Source: an uncultured Hyphomicrobiales bacterium
GTDB lineage: Bacteria > Pseudomonadota > Alphaproteobacteria > Rhizobiales > OSC116
Reading direction: 5' to 3'
Length of the DNA: 64,000 nucleotides
Assembly: GCA_964531635.1 (NCBI GenBank)
Contig: CAZHCZ010000001.1
Location: 1,621 to 65,620 of the forward strand
Part shown: piece after piece, positions 51,139 to 61,054 of the stretch
How the letters are laid out: each line of letters starts with the position of its first letter
Position numbering within the stretch: position 1 is the stretch's first letter
Translations under genes and position numbers: made by a program
Notes under the pieces: model-generated
Database searches by the model: none
Told to the model about the DNA's origin: nothing
The model's input: only the letters and a program-made list of their open reading frames with translations

Positions 51139-51240
51139 ATTTTTTACCCATTTATAAAATTAAAAAAGCCCTATCAACGTTTGCGTTTTACGCTAACGCT
51201 CATAGAGCTTCAAATCTTCAAGCTTTTTTAAAACTGCTAT

Positions 51241-51600
51241 TTAAGCAGCAATCGCAGCCTTGGCTTTCTCTACAAGTGTAGCAAATGCCTCAGGTTCACG
51301 AACAGCTAGGTCGGCCAAAACTTTACGGTCAACTTCGATGCCAGCAACGCTGAGACCGTTAATAAAGCGACCATAGTTTAAACCATTTAAGCGCGACGCA
51401 GCATTGATACGTTGTATCCATAATGCGCGGAACGCACGTTTTTTATTGCGCCGATCGCGATAGGCGTATTGCCCAGCTTTTTCGACCGCTTGGTTGGCAA
51501 TACGAAATGTATTTTTACGAGCGCCGTAATAGCCTTTAGCGGCTTTAATAATTTTACGATGACGGGCGTGAGTAGTGACGCCTCTTTTAACACGTGACAT
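51241..51600 (-). CDS. rplT: 50S ribosomal protein L20
   Basis: [29 protein letters not shown]...; 119 aa. Confidence 0.97.
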   Translation of the reverse strand: MSRVKRGVTTHARHRKIIKAAKGYYGARKNTFRIANQAVEKAGQYAYRDRRNKKRAFRALWIQRINAASRLNGLNYGRFINGLSVAGIEVDRKVLADLAVREPEAFATLVEKAKAAIAA

Positions 51601-51618
51601 GTCTAAATTCCTTTAAGC

Positions 51619-51816
51619 TTAGCCGTACGGCATAAATTGTTTAACAATACGCGCATCGGCTGCACACAAAATAGTTGTGCCACGTTTATTACGTATTTGT
51701 TTGTTACTTCTTTTAATCATGCCATGGCGTTTACCAGCTTGTCCTGCTTTTACCTTGCCTGATTTTGTTAGCTTAAAGCGTTTTTTGACACCGCTTTTTG
51801 TTTTCAACTTGGGCAT
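51619..51816 (-). CDS. rpmI: 50S ribosomal protein L35
   Basis: Start moved to ATG 51816 ([23 protein letters not shown]...). 65 aa. Confidence 0.95.
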   Translation of the reverse strand: MPKLKTKSGVKKRFKLTKSGKVKAGQAGKRHGMIKRSNKQIRNKRGTTILCAADARIVKQFMPYG

Positions 51817-51950
51817 TTTGCTTTGTCTTTCTATAACGGTGGGTAATCCCACCAATGTTTCAATAAGCTTTAATAGTCAACACGGCAACCCATATGAGCC
51901 GGCCGACTAACGAAGGCGTTTATAAAATGCTTTCAGTTAAAAAGCAAGAG

Positions 51951-52487
51951 TTATTTACCAGTTAATATCATAATCATTTGTCGGCCTTCAAGTTTAGGCT
52001 CAAGTTCGGGTTTAGCATAGGCTTCAGCATCGGCTTTTACCCGTTGCAACAATTCCATACCCAAATTTTGATGCGCCATTTCACGACCTCTAAAACGTAA
52101 GGTAACTTTAACCTTATCGCCTTTGGTAATAAATTTTTCAAGGTTGCGCATTTTGGTGTCATAGTCATGCGTATCTATATTGGGGCGCATTTTAACTTCT
52201 TTCACCTCGACAGTTTTTTGTCGTTTGCGGGCTTCCGATGCTTTTTTCTGCGCTTGGAATTTATGCTTTCCATAATCCATAATTTTACAAACGGGCGGCT
52301 TAGCATTTGGCGAAACTTCGACCAAATCCATACCAACTTCAAACGCTTGGTCAATAGCATCTTGTGTGCTAATAACACCAACATTAACGCCATCGGCGCC
52401 AACAAGCATCACTTCAGGGACTTTAATCAGCTGATTAATTTTAGGGCCAGTCCTGCTTGGCATCTTATTCATGGGTCGGCGGGCTAT
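51951..52487 (-). CDS. infC: translation initiation factor IF-3 (non-AUG ATA start)
   Basis: IF-3 N- and C-terminal domains ([17 protein letters not shown]...). AAGGAG-N7-ATA at 52487. The GTG-extended track ORF (to 52544) contains a terminator hairpin and is rejected. Confidence 0.88.
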   Translation of the reverse strand: MARRPMNKMPSRTGPKINQLIKVPEVMLVGADGVNVGVISTQDAIDQAFEVGMDLVEVSPNAKPPVCKIMDYGKHKFQAQKKASEARKRQKTVEVKEVKMRPNIDTHDYDTKMRNLEKFITKGDKVKVTLRFRGREMAHQNLGMELLQRVKADAEAYAKPELEPKLEGRQMIMILTGK

Positions 52488-52510
52488 TGATACGCTCCTT
52501 ATATTGCCAA

Positions 52511-52535
52511 TAAAAACGCAACGTCCATGCGTTGC
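52511..52535 (-). terminator. rho-independent terminator of the upstream queG-SDR-ORF118 unit
   Basis: On the minus strand GCAACG-catgga-CGTTGC is followed by GTTTTTATT, 33 nt after the ORF118 stop and just upstream of the infC RBS. Confidence 0.65.
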
Positions 52536-52567
52536 AATTAGCACATAAAATCATTAACCCCTATAAG

Positions 52568-52924
52568 TCAAGTAAACTCAGTGAGTTTTTCAAAAATACC
52601 GTGCTTATTTATAATTTTAGGCCTGGGGAGCAGTAAAAAGCATAAAATATTGTCAAGAGTGCCTTGTTCCCAATTGATAACCAAATCAAAAGAGCTCCAA
52701 GACATACGCCGCGATATGGTCAAAATTTTCATAAATCCTGAGCGAGCACCATCAGTCCACACTTGCGGGCGCGGTTTAATTTCATCAAAATGCGGTACAA
52801 TAAGGGTAAATTTTGCCTGTGGAAAATACGCAACTAAACGTTCATAATCTTCCACACTTATCCCATGCCCAATCGCCAAAACACATATATTATGCGCGGC
52901 TTTTAATTCTGCATCTGCTGCCAT
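52568..52924 (-). CDS. hypothetical protein (118 aa)
   Basis: The ORF overlaps the 3' end of the upstream SDR gene by 22 nt and is followed by a terminator. I recognised no family. Confidence 0.4.
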   Translation of the reverse strand: MAADAELKAAHNICVLAIGHGISVEDYERLVAYFPQAKFTLIVPHFDEIKPRPQVWTDGARSGFMKILTISRRMSWSSFDLVINWEQGTLDNILCFLLLPRPKIINKHGIFEKLTEFT

Positions 52925-53709
52925 ATAGCCCTTAACCCTTGTTTGTAATTGGGGTGTTTTAATTCAATCCCCAACTCATTTTTAATTTTATCATTTTTTA
53001 TATATTTACACTCAGCATAAAAACTCTGCGCCATCTCACTCATGCCCGCTTTGTCCTCTGCTACAAGCTTAGGCACAGCAACTCCCATAATTTGCGCGGC
53101 AAATTCAATAATATCGGCATTCGGGGCAGGCAAATCATCGGCGATATTATAAATATTCACTCCCCTTAGCCCACCCAACAGCGAGGCTTTAAGTACCTGT
53201 GCAATATCATCAACATGCGCCCGACAAAAAAACTGCTTATCATTATTTTCAAGCCGCACATCAACCCGCCTAGCCCGCCCCTGGTTAAGCGCATCAAAAG
53301 CCGAGCGACCAAGCCCATAAATACCAGGTAGCCTAAATATATTAACCGAATCAATTGAGCAACCAGACCATTGATTTTCCGCCAACACCCGCCATTTCGC
53401 CCGCAAACTTTGTGCAGCAGTATGTGTAGTTTCATCAACAAACCCACCCTGATGGTCGCCATAAACCCCAGTTGTCGATAAATACCCCAACCATTTAACG
53501 TTACTATTTTCTATCAATTGCCCAAACTTCTCATAAACAACATCGCCTTTATCGCTCGGTGGAATAGACATTAAAACCGCGTCCGCACTGTCTAGCTCCT
53601 CAACCCCGCTCCAGTCGCGCGAAACTCCAACAACCTCGAACTGCTCAACCAAAGCATCGGTCAAATGCTGCCCAACATAGCCCATGCCAAATATCAACAA
53701 TTTGCGCAT
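52903..53709 (-). CDS. NAD(P)-binding SDR-family epimerase/dehydratase-like protein
   Basis: Start moved to ATG 53709 (MRKLLIFGMGYVGQHL Rossmann motif), which overlaps the queG stop as TAATG. Confidence 0.8.
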   Translation of the reverse strand: MRKLLIFGMGYVGQHLTDALVEQFEVVGVSRDWSGVEELDSADAVLMSIPPSDKGDVVYEKFGQLIENSNVKWLGYLSTTGVYGDHQGGFVDETTHTAAQSLRAKWRVLAENQWSGCSIDSVNIFRLPGIYGLGRSAFDALNQGRARRVDVRLENNDKQFFCRAHVDDIAQVLKASLLGGLRGVNIYNIADDLPAPNADIIEFAAQIMGVAVPKLVAEDKAGMSEMAQSFYAECKYIKNDKIKNELGIELKHPNYKQGLRAIWQQMQN

Positions 53710-54824
53710 TATACCATTTCCCACTCTTGACGCACATCGATGTCTGTTTCTAACTCCACCCACTCATTATATAAAGCCGCAAATTCTTGGCTTTTCATTA
53801 ATTGCCCTGCTGCCCAAACAGCCGCTCCGCGAATTAGCGGTTCATCATCTGCCAACAACCCAATAATCTGTGGTAGATATTTACGGTTTTCACTATTGCC
53901 AATGGCAATTAAAACATTTCGAATAAACCGTCGCCGCTTAATGCGTTTAATGGGCGATGCGGTAAATAAATCTCTAAATTCGTCATCGTTTAACGCCACT
54001 AAATCCGCCAAATCGGGCATTGACAGTTCCGCTCGCGCATGAAATTTTGCTTCAGCGGATAATTGCGCAAACTTATTCCACGGACAAACCGCCAAACAAT
54101 CATCACAGCCATAAATATGGTTGCCAATAAGTGGGCGCAATTCAAGCGGAATATGTCCGCCATATTCAATGGTTAAATAAGAAATACACTTGCGCGCGTC
54201 AATTTGGTTGGGTTGCACGAACGCATCGGTTGGGCAAATGTCTAAACACGCGGTACAAGACCCGCAAACATCTTCACCCACATCACTTTGTGGCAGCTCC
54301 AACGTGGTGAATATCGAGCCCAAAAACAACCAAGAACCAAATTCTTTGCTCACTAAGTTTGTATGTTTGCCTTGCCACCCCAAACCCGCAGCCCCAGCCA
54401 GAGGCTTTTCCATTACAGGCGCGGTATCTACAAACACTTTAACATCAATATCTGGCAATTGCCCCACCATATAACGCGCCAAGGCTTTGAGTTTTTTCTT
54501 TATCAAGTCATGGTAATCATGCCCACGTGCATAAACACTAATTAGCCCTTTGTCTTTATGCTCTAGCTGCCATAACGGGTTTTGCTTAGGTCCATAATTA
54601 ACCCCCAACATAATAACGCTATTAACCTCTTGCCATAAATTATTAGGAGCAGAGCGGCGTTCCAACGTATCTGCCATCCACCCCATTTCACCATATAATC
54701 CCTGCGCAACAAATTCTTGTAAACCCTCACCCGCATAGGCTATTTTTTCGGGCTGAGTAAAACCAACAACATCAAACCCTAGGCGTAATGCTTCTGCTTC
54801 TATTAATTTTGCAATATCTGTCAA
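53709..54824 (-). CDS. queG: epoxyqueuosine reductase QueG
   Basis: Two 4Fe-4S motifs (CGSCTACLDICPT and CDDCLAVCPWN) and a HEAT-like C-terminus. Apparent TTG start embedded in the first copy of the 18-bp repeat. Confidence 0.9.
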   Translation of the reverse strand: MTDIAKLIEAEALRLGFDVVGFTQPEKIAYAGEGLQEFVAQGLYGEMGWMADTLERRSAPNNLWQEVNSVIMLGVNYGPKQNPLWQLEHKDKGLISVYARGHDYHDLIKKKLKALARYMVGQLPDIDVKVFVDTAPVMEKPLAGAAGLGWQGKHTNLVSKEFGSWLFLGSIFTTLELPQSDVGEDVCGSCTACLDICPTDAFVQPNQIDARKCISYLTIEYGGHIPLELRPLIGNHIYGCDDCLAVCPWNKFAQLSAEAKFHARAELSMPDLADLVALNDDEFRDLFTASPIKRIKRRRFIRNVLIAIGNSENRKYLPQIIGLLADDEPLIRGAAVWAAGQLMKSQEFAALYNEWVELETDIDVRQEWEMV

Positions 54825-54900
54825 AATTCGTTACTTATCAAAAATTCGTTATTTATCAAAAGTCCGTTACTTATCAAAAGTCCGTTACTTATCAAAAGTC
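54821..54900. repeat. 18-bp tandem repeat, 4 full copies plus a partial one, filling the GST-queG spacer
   Basis: TCAAAATTCGTTACTTA / TCAAAAATTCGTTATTTA / TCAAAAGTCCGTTACTTA / TCAAAAGTCCGTTACTTA / TCAAAAGTC... The first copy contains the queG TTG start and the last contains the GST stop. Confidence 0.85.
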
Positions 54901-55587
54901 TAAGTCCGCATAATGTGCCGCAGGGTGAAAGCCGAGCATCTTGTCTTCTAAAACACCCTGAAATGAAGGGCGCGATTTTATCCGCACATACCATTCTTTA
55001 ACTTGCAAAAAGTCTTTCCACGGCACGTCCGATGTATAATCTAAACAGCTTAAATGGCTCGCGGCGGAAAAGTCGGCTTGGCTCATATATTCACCCGCCA
55101 ACCAATGCCGATCAATTAATAAGTGGTCGATATATTTTAGATGATAATTTAAGTTTTCTTTACCCGCTCTTATCACTTCCATATCGGGCGAGCCACCACC
55201 AGAACCAACAGCAATAAACCGTTTATAAATTTTTTCCGATACAATAAGTTCAGTCACTTCGCGGTAAAATTTAGCATCAAACCATTCGACCAATCGCCTA
55301 ACCTCCGCCCGCTCGACTGCAGTCCCGCGTAATAAAGATACATGGCTAGCGCTGGTTTTAACCGTAGTTTCATCAAAATATTCGGTAATGGCTACAATTC
55401 CGCATAAAACCACATTTTTATTTTCGACCAAAACGGGTAAATTAGCGGCAGGGTTTAAGGCTAAAAACTCCTCATTCCACGCCCAAGGGTGTTCCTCAAG
55501 CATTTCATAGCTTATATTATATTCGTCCATCGTTACCCGCGCTCGGCGCGAAAATGGGCAAAGCGGAAATTGTAAAAGTTTCATCAT
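54892..55587 (-). CDS. glutathione S-transferase family protein
   Basis: Thioredoxin-like N-terminal domain (LLQFPLCPFSRRARV) plus a helical GST C-terminal domain. 231 aa. Confidence 0.85.
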   Translation of the reverse strand: MMKLLQFPLCPFSRRARVTMDEYNISYEMLEEHPWAWNEEFLALNPAANLPVLVENKNVVLCGIVAITEYFDETTVKTSASHVSLLRGTAVERAEVRRLVEWFDAKFYREVTELIVSEKIYKRFIAVGSGGGSPDMEVIRAGKENLNYHLKYIDHLLIDRHWLAGEYMSQADFSAASHLSCLDYTSDVPWKDFLQVKEWYVRIKSRPSFQGVLEDKMLGFHPAAHYADLDF

Positions 55588-55695
55588 TTAACTACAGCTT
55601 TCATAATTAATTTGCGATATTGTTCTAAGTTATATATGAAATTGATTATTATGTTAATACATTAAGACACTATAATTTTTAATATAGAAGAACTT

Positions 55696-56502
55696 ATGCC
55701 AATAGAACAAATAATAATCCTCGCCATCGTGCAAGGCATTACCGAATTTTTACCTATATCCTCATCAGGTCATTTGGCACTCGTGCCTTTGTTAACGCCG
55801 TGGCAAGACCAAGGCGTTATGAATGATGTCGCCCTACATTTCGGCACATTAATAGCAGTGTTGATATATTTTCACCGCGATGTAAGAAATTTATTTAGCG
55901 GTTTTTTAGATATTTTTCGTCGAAAAAGCACCGCAAATCGTCGTCTATTTTTGCTTATCGCTTTATCCACAATTCCAGTTTTCATAGGCGGCTATATTTT
56001 AAAGGTTACAGGCATCGCGACCGATTTACGCGATATAAAAGTCATCGCATGGGCAAATATAATTTTCGCCATTTTTCTCTATATTTTCGACCAAATCGGC
56101 AAGCAAATTCAAACGGTCGAAACCCTAACCTTAAAACACGCTGTCTTAATCGGTTTAGCCCAAGTTTTAGCCCTAATACCGGGGTCAAGCCGCAGTGGCA
56201 CAACCATGACTATGGCAAGGTTATTAGGCTTTAAACGCAGCGAAGCCGCCCGTTTTTCTATGCTCATGAGCATTCCCACTATTCTAGGTGCAACCGCTTT
56301 ATTGTTAATAGACCTATCCAAAGAAGCAGACATAACCGTAAAAAGCGATGCCCTGTTAATGGCAAGCCTGTCCTTTATAGTCGCCTATTTTGCTATCTGG
56401 GGTTTAATGGCAATGCTAAAGCGCATGAGCATGACCCCATTCGTAATCTACCGCCTTGTGCTCGGTGCGGCTTTGCTGATTTATGTCTATTTTTATCTTT
56501 AA
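55696..56502 (+). CDS. uppP: undecaprenyl-diphosphate phosphatase
   Basis: BacA/UppP signature LAIVQGITEFLPISSSGHL and PGSSRSGTT. 268 aa. Confidence 0.95.
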   Translation: MPIEQIIILAIVQGITEFLPISSSGHLALVPLLTPWQDQGVMNDVALHFGTLIAVLIYFHRDVRNLFSGFLDIFRRKSTANRRLFLLIALSTIPVFIGGYILKVTGIATDLRDIKVIAWANIIFAIFLYIFDQIGKQIQTVETLTLKHAVLIGLAQVLALIPGSSRSGTTMTMARLLGFKRSEAARFSMLMSIPTILGATALLLIDLSKEADITVKSDALLMASLSFIVAYFAIWGLMAMLKRMSMTPFVIYRLVLGAALLIYVYFYL

Positions 56503-56651
56503 AAGGCATTAAAAAGTGGAGTTTAAAAACGAAATATCTATCGACCTCCCCCTTAAAGGGGAATGGTAAAAATATTAAGTTACTCAATGTAGATGCGACT
56601 TTTGCCTATGTCGCAAAGTTAAAATAATATTGCGGCCATTATTATAATCTT

Positions 56652-56702
56652 TAACAAGTGTTTGAAACCTAATCATTTGTTCTAACCTCATGCAAATCAT
56701 AG
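56652..56702 (-). pseudogene. remnant copy of the 3' end (last ~11 codons, stop and ~20 nt of 3' UTR) of the NDUFA9-like SDR gene
   Basis: About 50 nt are ~80% identical to ~59236..59285, including the exact 21-mer TCTAACCTCATGCAAATCATA. The remnant reads ...HYDLHEVRTND* against the genuine ...DYDLHEVRAKD*. Confidence 0.7.
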
Positions 56703-56977
56703 TGTTTATGAATTGTGCGATAAAAATGTATCAAAAACTACCACAGGCTTAATATGCTCCGTGCACATTACAGGTATATTGTCTAAAATGCACCTAAATA
56801 GAATTTATTGCTGTTTGTGTCGTATAAAACAGCAAAAAACACTTATAATGGAGTAGAAGTTTTCAAAGTTCTAAATGATGGGCTTATATATTTAAAAGTA
56901 GGAAAAAATTAACTCTAACTGTATTTAATAGACATTAGTACTTAATAAAAAGTACAACTTTTACTTCAGGATCAATT

Positions 56978-59053
56978 ATGTTTGCTAAGTTTATGATTTA
57001 TTTGAAAAATACAAAATTCACCTTGAAGGAAAAGTTCACAAAAAAAACAGCCCCTAAGAACAATTCAGCTTTATTCTCATCTTTTAAAATTGCGACCAGA
57101 ATTAACACCCTTGTGGTTTTATCAATTGTTGCTATGTCCGCCATTGCAGGTTTGGCATATTTTCAAAAAAATGAAAGTTTATTATTTGAACAACAAGAAA
57201 ACAATGTAGGAAGTTTAAGCGCGCAGGCCTTAACGTTGGAAAAAGCTTCTTTGTCTTTCTCCAAGCAATCACGAGATTTTTTTATAAGAAAAGACATTGG
57301 GTATGCTAAAGATGTTAAAGCGACACTGGATAAATTAATTAGGTCGTTAAAGCGCATGAAAAATTTACCAGGTGCAGAAGCTGTTGATGCCGAAATTAAT
57401 ACACTTGTTGCCAATAGTAATAAGTTAAGCACTATATTTTCTAGCTTAGTAGAGCAACAAACAAAACTTGGTTTTAATAAAAATTCTGGTTTGCATAAAG
57501 CCTTTGATATAGAGGCAGAGGCCTTTGAAACTATAATCATTAAAACTGGTAATTTGCTTAAAATTGAAAACAAACTTAATACAATGCGTCGGTTCGAGTC
57601 TTATTATTTAGCAACAGGTGATTTAAAATATATTACACCTGTGGCAAAGGCCAGAAACCTAACCCAAGGTTATTTTTATGCTGGTGGAATTGATAAAGAC
57701 ACTCGTAAAGTGCTTGGTGACCATTTAAAAGCTTATTTTAATGCTTTTAAGCTATACGTAAAAGAAGCAGGGGTTTTAGGTGAAACATTGGAGCAATTTA
57801 AAACTGAATATGCACAACTTCAGCCTAACTTTAAAAAACTAAAGGTTGCCGCAGATTTAAAACTTAGTGCTGTTAGTGCTGCTCGTGCGACAAGTGAAGA
57901 ACGCTTAACCATTACTATTTATACTGCTATGGGGGTTATTATAACGCTTATTATTGGTTTTGGTTGGATTATTGGGCGTTCAATTTCTAAACCCTTATCG
58001 GCTATGGTCGCTTTAATGGAAAGGTCATCAAAAGGCGAAATTGGTCTTGATATTCCTGCTACACAGCAAAAAGATGAAGTGGGTGATTTGGCAAGAGCGC
58101 TCGAGATTTTTGATATGAATAATGCCGAAGTTGCGCGTCTAAAAGCAAAAGATGAAAAAGGCCGCGAGAAAGCAGCGCAAGATAGAAGTGATGAACTGAG
58201 TTCAATAGCCAATTCTTTGGAAACCCAAGTGCAGTCAGTTGTTGGCAATGTGTCAAAACAATCGCAAACAATGAGCAGTGAATCCACACGTTTGGACGGT
58301 GTTATTGATACATTGGTTTCACACACTCAAAGCGCGAGTACAAATGCCAATAATATATCAGGGCAAATTAATATGATTGCATCGGCTGCCGAAGAATTGT
58401 CATGCTCATTTTCTGAAGTGGCGGTTCAGGTTGAAAAATCGAGCGAAATTTCACAAAATGCAGTTACACAATCGAATGAAATTAACAGCACTGTTAAATC
58501 TCTCGCCAGTTCAGCACAAGCAATTGGTGATGTGGTTAAGCTTATTTCGGATATTGCCGAACAGACAAATTTATTAGCACTTAATGCAACAATTGAAGCC
58601 GCAAGAGCAGGCGATGCTGGTAAAGGCTTTGCTGTTGTAGCATCGGAAGTAAAAAATCTTGCCAACCAAACCGCCAATGCAACGGTGGAAATTTCTAATC
58701 AAATCTCAACCATTCAAGATGTGACCAATAATACCGTCACTTCGATTGCTGAAATTAGCAATACGGTGCAAGATATGGGTGAAATTACCAACCAAATTCA
58801 ATCGGCTGTTGAGCAACAAACAGCGGCAACCGCAGAAATTAGCCGTAATGTTCAAGAGGCTGCACAAAGCACAAATGAGTTTAGCCAAATTTTAGAAGCT
58901 GTTTCGACCCAGACCAATACAGTTGGCGATATTTCATCTACAGTATTGAGCGAAGCCGATAAAACCACAGTGCAAATTGGTGAGCTTGGCAGTAGAATGA
59001 CAGATGTTATTGACAGCCTACAACAAAGCTCTAAGGTAACGAACGCGGCTTAA
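56978..59053 (+). CDS. methyl-accepting chemotaxis protein
   Basis: Two TM helices flanking a ~270-aa periplasmic helical domain, a HAMP domain, and the conserved signalling hairpin [39 protein letters not shown]. Confidence 0.93.
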   Translation: MFAKFMIYLKNTKFTLKEKFTKKTAPKNNSALFSSFKIATRINTLVVLSIVAMSAIAGLAYFQKNESLLFEQQENNVGSLSAQALTLEKASLSFSKQSRDFFIRKDIGYAKDVKATLDKLIRSLKRMKNLPGAEAVDAEINTLVANSNKLSTIFSSLVEQQTKLGFNKNSGLHKAFDIEAEAFETIIIKTGNLLKIENKLNTMRRFESYYLATGDLKYITPVAKARNLTQGYFYAGGIDKDTRKVLGDHLKAYFNAFKLYVKEAGVLGETLEQFKTEYAQLQPNFKKLKVAADLKLSAVSAARATSEERLTITIYTAMGVIITLIIGFGWIIGRSISKPLSAMVALMERSSKGEIGLDIPATQQKDEVGDLARALEIFDMNNAEVARLKAKDEKGREKAAQDRSDELSSIANSLETQVQSVVGNVSKQSQTMSSESTRLDGVIDTLVSHTQSASTNANNISGQINMIASAAEELSCSFSEVAVQVEKSSEISQNAVTQSNEINSTVKSLASSAQAIGDVVKLISDIAEQTNLLALNATIEAARAGDAGKGFAVVASEVKNLANQTANATVEISNQISTIQDVTNNTVTSIAEISNTVQDMGEITNQIQSAVEQQTAATAEISRNVQEAAQSTNEFSQILEAVSTQTNTVGDISSTVLSEADKTTVQIGELGSRMTDVIDSLQQSSKVTNAA

Positions 59054-59110
59054 TAACTTAAGCGCGCACGCAAGTGCTAACAGTGAACTATAGCAAACGT
59101 ATAAATGTAA

Positions 59111-59144
59111 GAACCCGTAGCGCTTTCAGGAGTGCTACGGGTTC
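59111..59144. terminator. GC-rich hairpin between the convergent MCP and SDR genes (putative bidirectional terminator)
   Basis: GAACCCGTAGC-N12-GCTACGGGTTC (11-bp perfect stem). Only short T runs on either side. Confidence 0.5.
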
Positions 59145-59252
59145 TTTCACTAGGCGTTTGCGTTTGTACTAACTTTAGCTTTTAAGATACAGAAAAGCAA
59201 AAATACCGCCAATAATTACAAGCCAGTAATGTTAATTAAACAAGTGCTGGGG

Positions 59253-60245
59253 CTAATCTTTTGCTCTAACCTCATGCAAATCATAATCGCCTTTGGGGCG
59301 GTAATGCTGTAGGTAGGGCAATATTGCTTGTTGGGTTTGGGTGGCTTTTATGCCGAGCGCTTCTAATGTGCGGTTTTCAGCTTTAGCCGCGTCTGAAACC
59401 AAATTGTCGTTTGACCAAAGTTTAACTTCGCCTTTGGTTAGCCATGAATAAGGCAACATGGTGCAAATGCTCGCGAATATATTGGTAATAATGCTTGGGA
59501 TAGCGATGATTTTAATATCGCGATTACAGGCGGATAATGTTTGTTCGGCAATTTGGCGCATGGTCATTTTATTAGCACCACCTAGCTCGAAAACTGTAGC
59601 TTTATGGTCGCCTTCTAGTAGCGCTACTACGGCTTTGGCTATATCGTCGGCATGAATGGGCTCAGAAACTTTATCCAAGTCGCCAAATACTGGTGCAAAA
59701 AACATTTTCACCTTTGCAAAATGAGCGATTAAGTTGAACAATCTATCCTCAGGACCGAAGACTAATGATGGGCGAATAATTATGGCATTAGGGAAGGCTA
59801 GTTTTACGTTTTCTTCGCCTTCATAATTTGAAGTTAAAAAACTATCAGCATCGTCTTTATCGGCTTTGGGTTCGACATTTAAAATTGAAAAATGGATGAG
59901 TTTTTTTACATTGTGCTTTGCTGCCATTTCGGCAACTATTTTAGCCCCTTGAGCGTTGACAGCACTAAATTTTTGTTTGCCGCTTTGGTCAATAATTCCT
60001 GCTAAATTTATAACATAATCAGCACCTTTAACAGCCGCTTCTATAGAGTTGGGATAGCGCACATTGCCTTGAACGGAAGAAACTTGCCCAGCACTACCGC
60101 TGGGTTGCAAATAACCCGTTAAGTCAGGGCGTCTAACTGCTATGCGAATACGATAACCTGCCTTGGCAAGGCGGCGGGTAATATAACGCCCAATAAAGCC
60201 TGAACCACCGATGATTGTAACAATTTTATCTGCTGTGTTTTTCAT
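59253..60245 (-). CDS. complex I NDUFA9-like NAD(P)H-binding SDR protein
   Basis: Start moved to ATG 60245 (MKNTADKIVTIIGGSGFIGRY). About 330 aa of the atypical SDR type common in alphaproteobacteria. Confidence 0.85.
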   Translation of the reverse strand: MKNTADKIVTIIGGSGFIGRYITRRLAKAGYRIRIAVRRPDLTGYLQPSGSAGQVSSVQGNVRYPNSIEAAVKGADYVINLAGIIDQSGKQKFSAVNAQGAKIVAEMAAKHNVKKLIHFSILNVEPKADKDDADSFLTSNYEGEENVKLAFPNAIIIRPSLVFGPEDRLFNLIAHFAKVKMFFAPVFGDLDKVSEPIHADDIAKAVVALLEGDHKATVFELGGANKMTMRQIAEQTLSACNRDIKIIAIPSIITNIFASICTMLPYSWLTKGEVKLWSNDNLVSDAAKAENRTLEALGIKATQTQQAILPYLQHYRPKGDYDLHEVRAKD

Positions 60246-60421
60246 TGCTATGCCCACTCTTATATTTATTCTTTTTCATACATTATGTTGAGTTCATCTG
60301 TAACTCAAGTGGTAAATTATGGTCAGGAGCAAAGAAATAGACTTATGGGGAGTATTCTCTTTGTACATTAGTGCTTAAGGTGTTAAACAGGGCTAAATAA
60401 AATTATATTGGATTTTAAGTG

Positions 60422-61048
60422 ATGAGCCAAAAAATACACTTTCATAAAGGTGATCTGCCAAACGATTTACAATTTGGTGACAGTGTGGCGGTAGACAGTG
60501 AAACCTTAGGGTTAAACCCATTGCGTGATAAGTTATGCCTTGTGCAAATCTCGTTTGGTGATGATGAAGCCCATTTGGTGCAACTTGACCGCGCAACCTA
60601 TGATGCGCCAAATTTAAAACGCTTATTGGCTGATGATAAAATTTTAAAAATATTTCATTATGCGCGTTTTGATGTGGCAGTGGTAAAACACTATTTACAA
60701 ATTGATTGCACGCCGATTTACTGCACTAAAATTGCTTCGAAACTGGTTAGAACTTATACCAGTTATCATGGGCTTAAAGACCTTTGCCGCGAGTTAATTG
60801 GTGTAAGCTTAGATAAAGGTCAGCAAAGTTCGGATTGGGGTGCCGAAATATTATCGGACTCTCAACAAAGATACGCCGCTTCTGATGTGTTATATTTACA
60901 CGATTTAAAGAGCAAGCTTGATATAATGCTTGAGCGGGAAGGGCGTGATAAAATTGCGCAAGACTGTTTTGACTTTATTGCCACCCGCGTGACGTTAGAT
61001 TTACTGGGTTGGGGCGAGCATGATATATTTTCCCATAAAGGACAGTAA
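60422..61048 (+). CDS. 3'-5' exonuclease domain protein (RNase D-like, DEDDy)
   Basis: VAVDSETLGL (ExoI), HYARFDVAVV (ExoII), YAASDVLYLHDL (ExoIII with Tyr). Confidence 0.85.
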   Translation: MSQKIHFHKGDLPNDLQFGDSVAVDSETLGLNPLRDKLCLVQISFGDDEAHLVQLDRATYDAPNLKRLLADDKILKIFHYARFDVAVVKHYLQIDCTPIYCTKIASKLVRTYTSYHGLKDLCRELIGVSLDKGQQSSDWGAEILSDSQQRYAASDVLYLHDLKSKLDIMLEREGRDKIAQDCFDFIATRVTLDLLGWGEHDIFSHKGQ

Positions 61049-61054
61049 CAACAC

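Noticed and set aside
54821-54900. Whether the 18-bp repeat array is a CRISPR
   Set aside because: The units are directly abutting with no spacers, are too short, and no cas genes are present.
56808-56835. 9-bp hairpin (TTGCTGTTT-N10-AAACAGCAA) in the MCP leader as a terminator
   Set aside because: It is followed by an A-run on the + strand and has no T-run on either strand. It may be a leader structure, but I cannot support a call.
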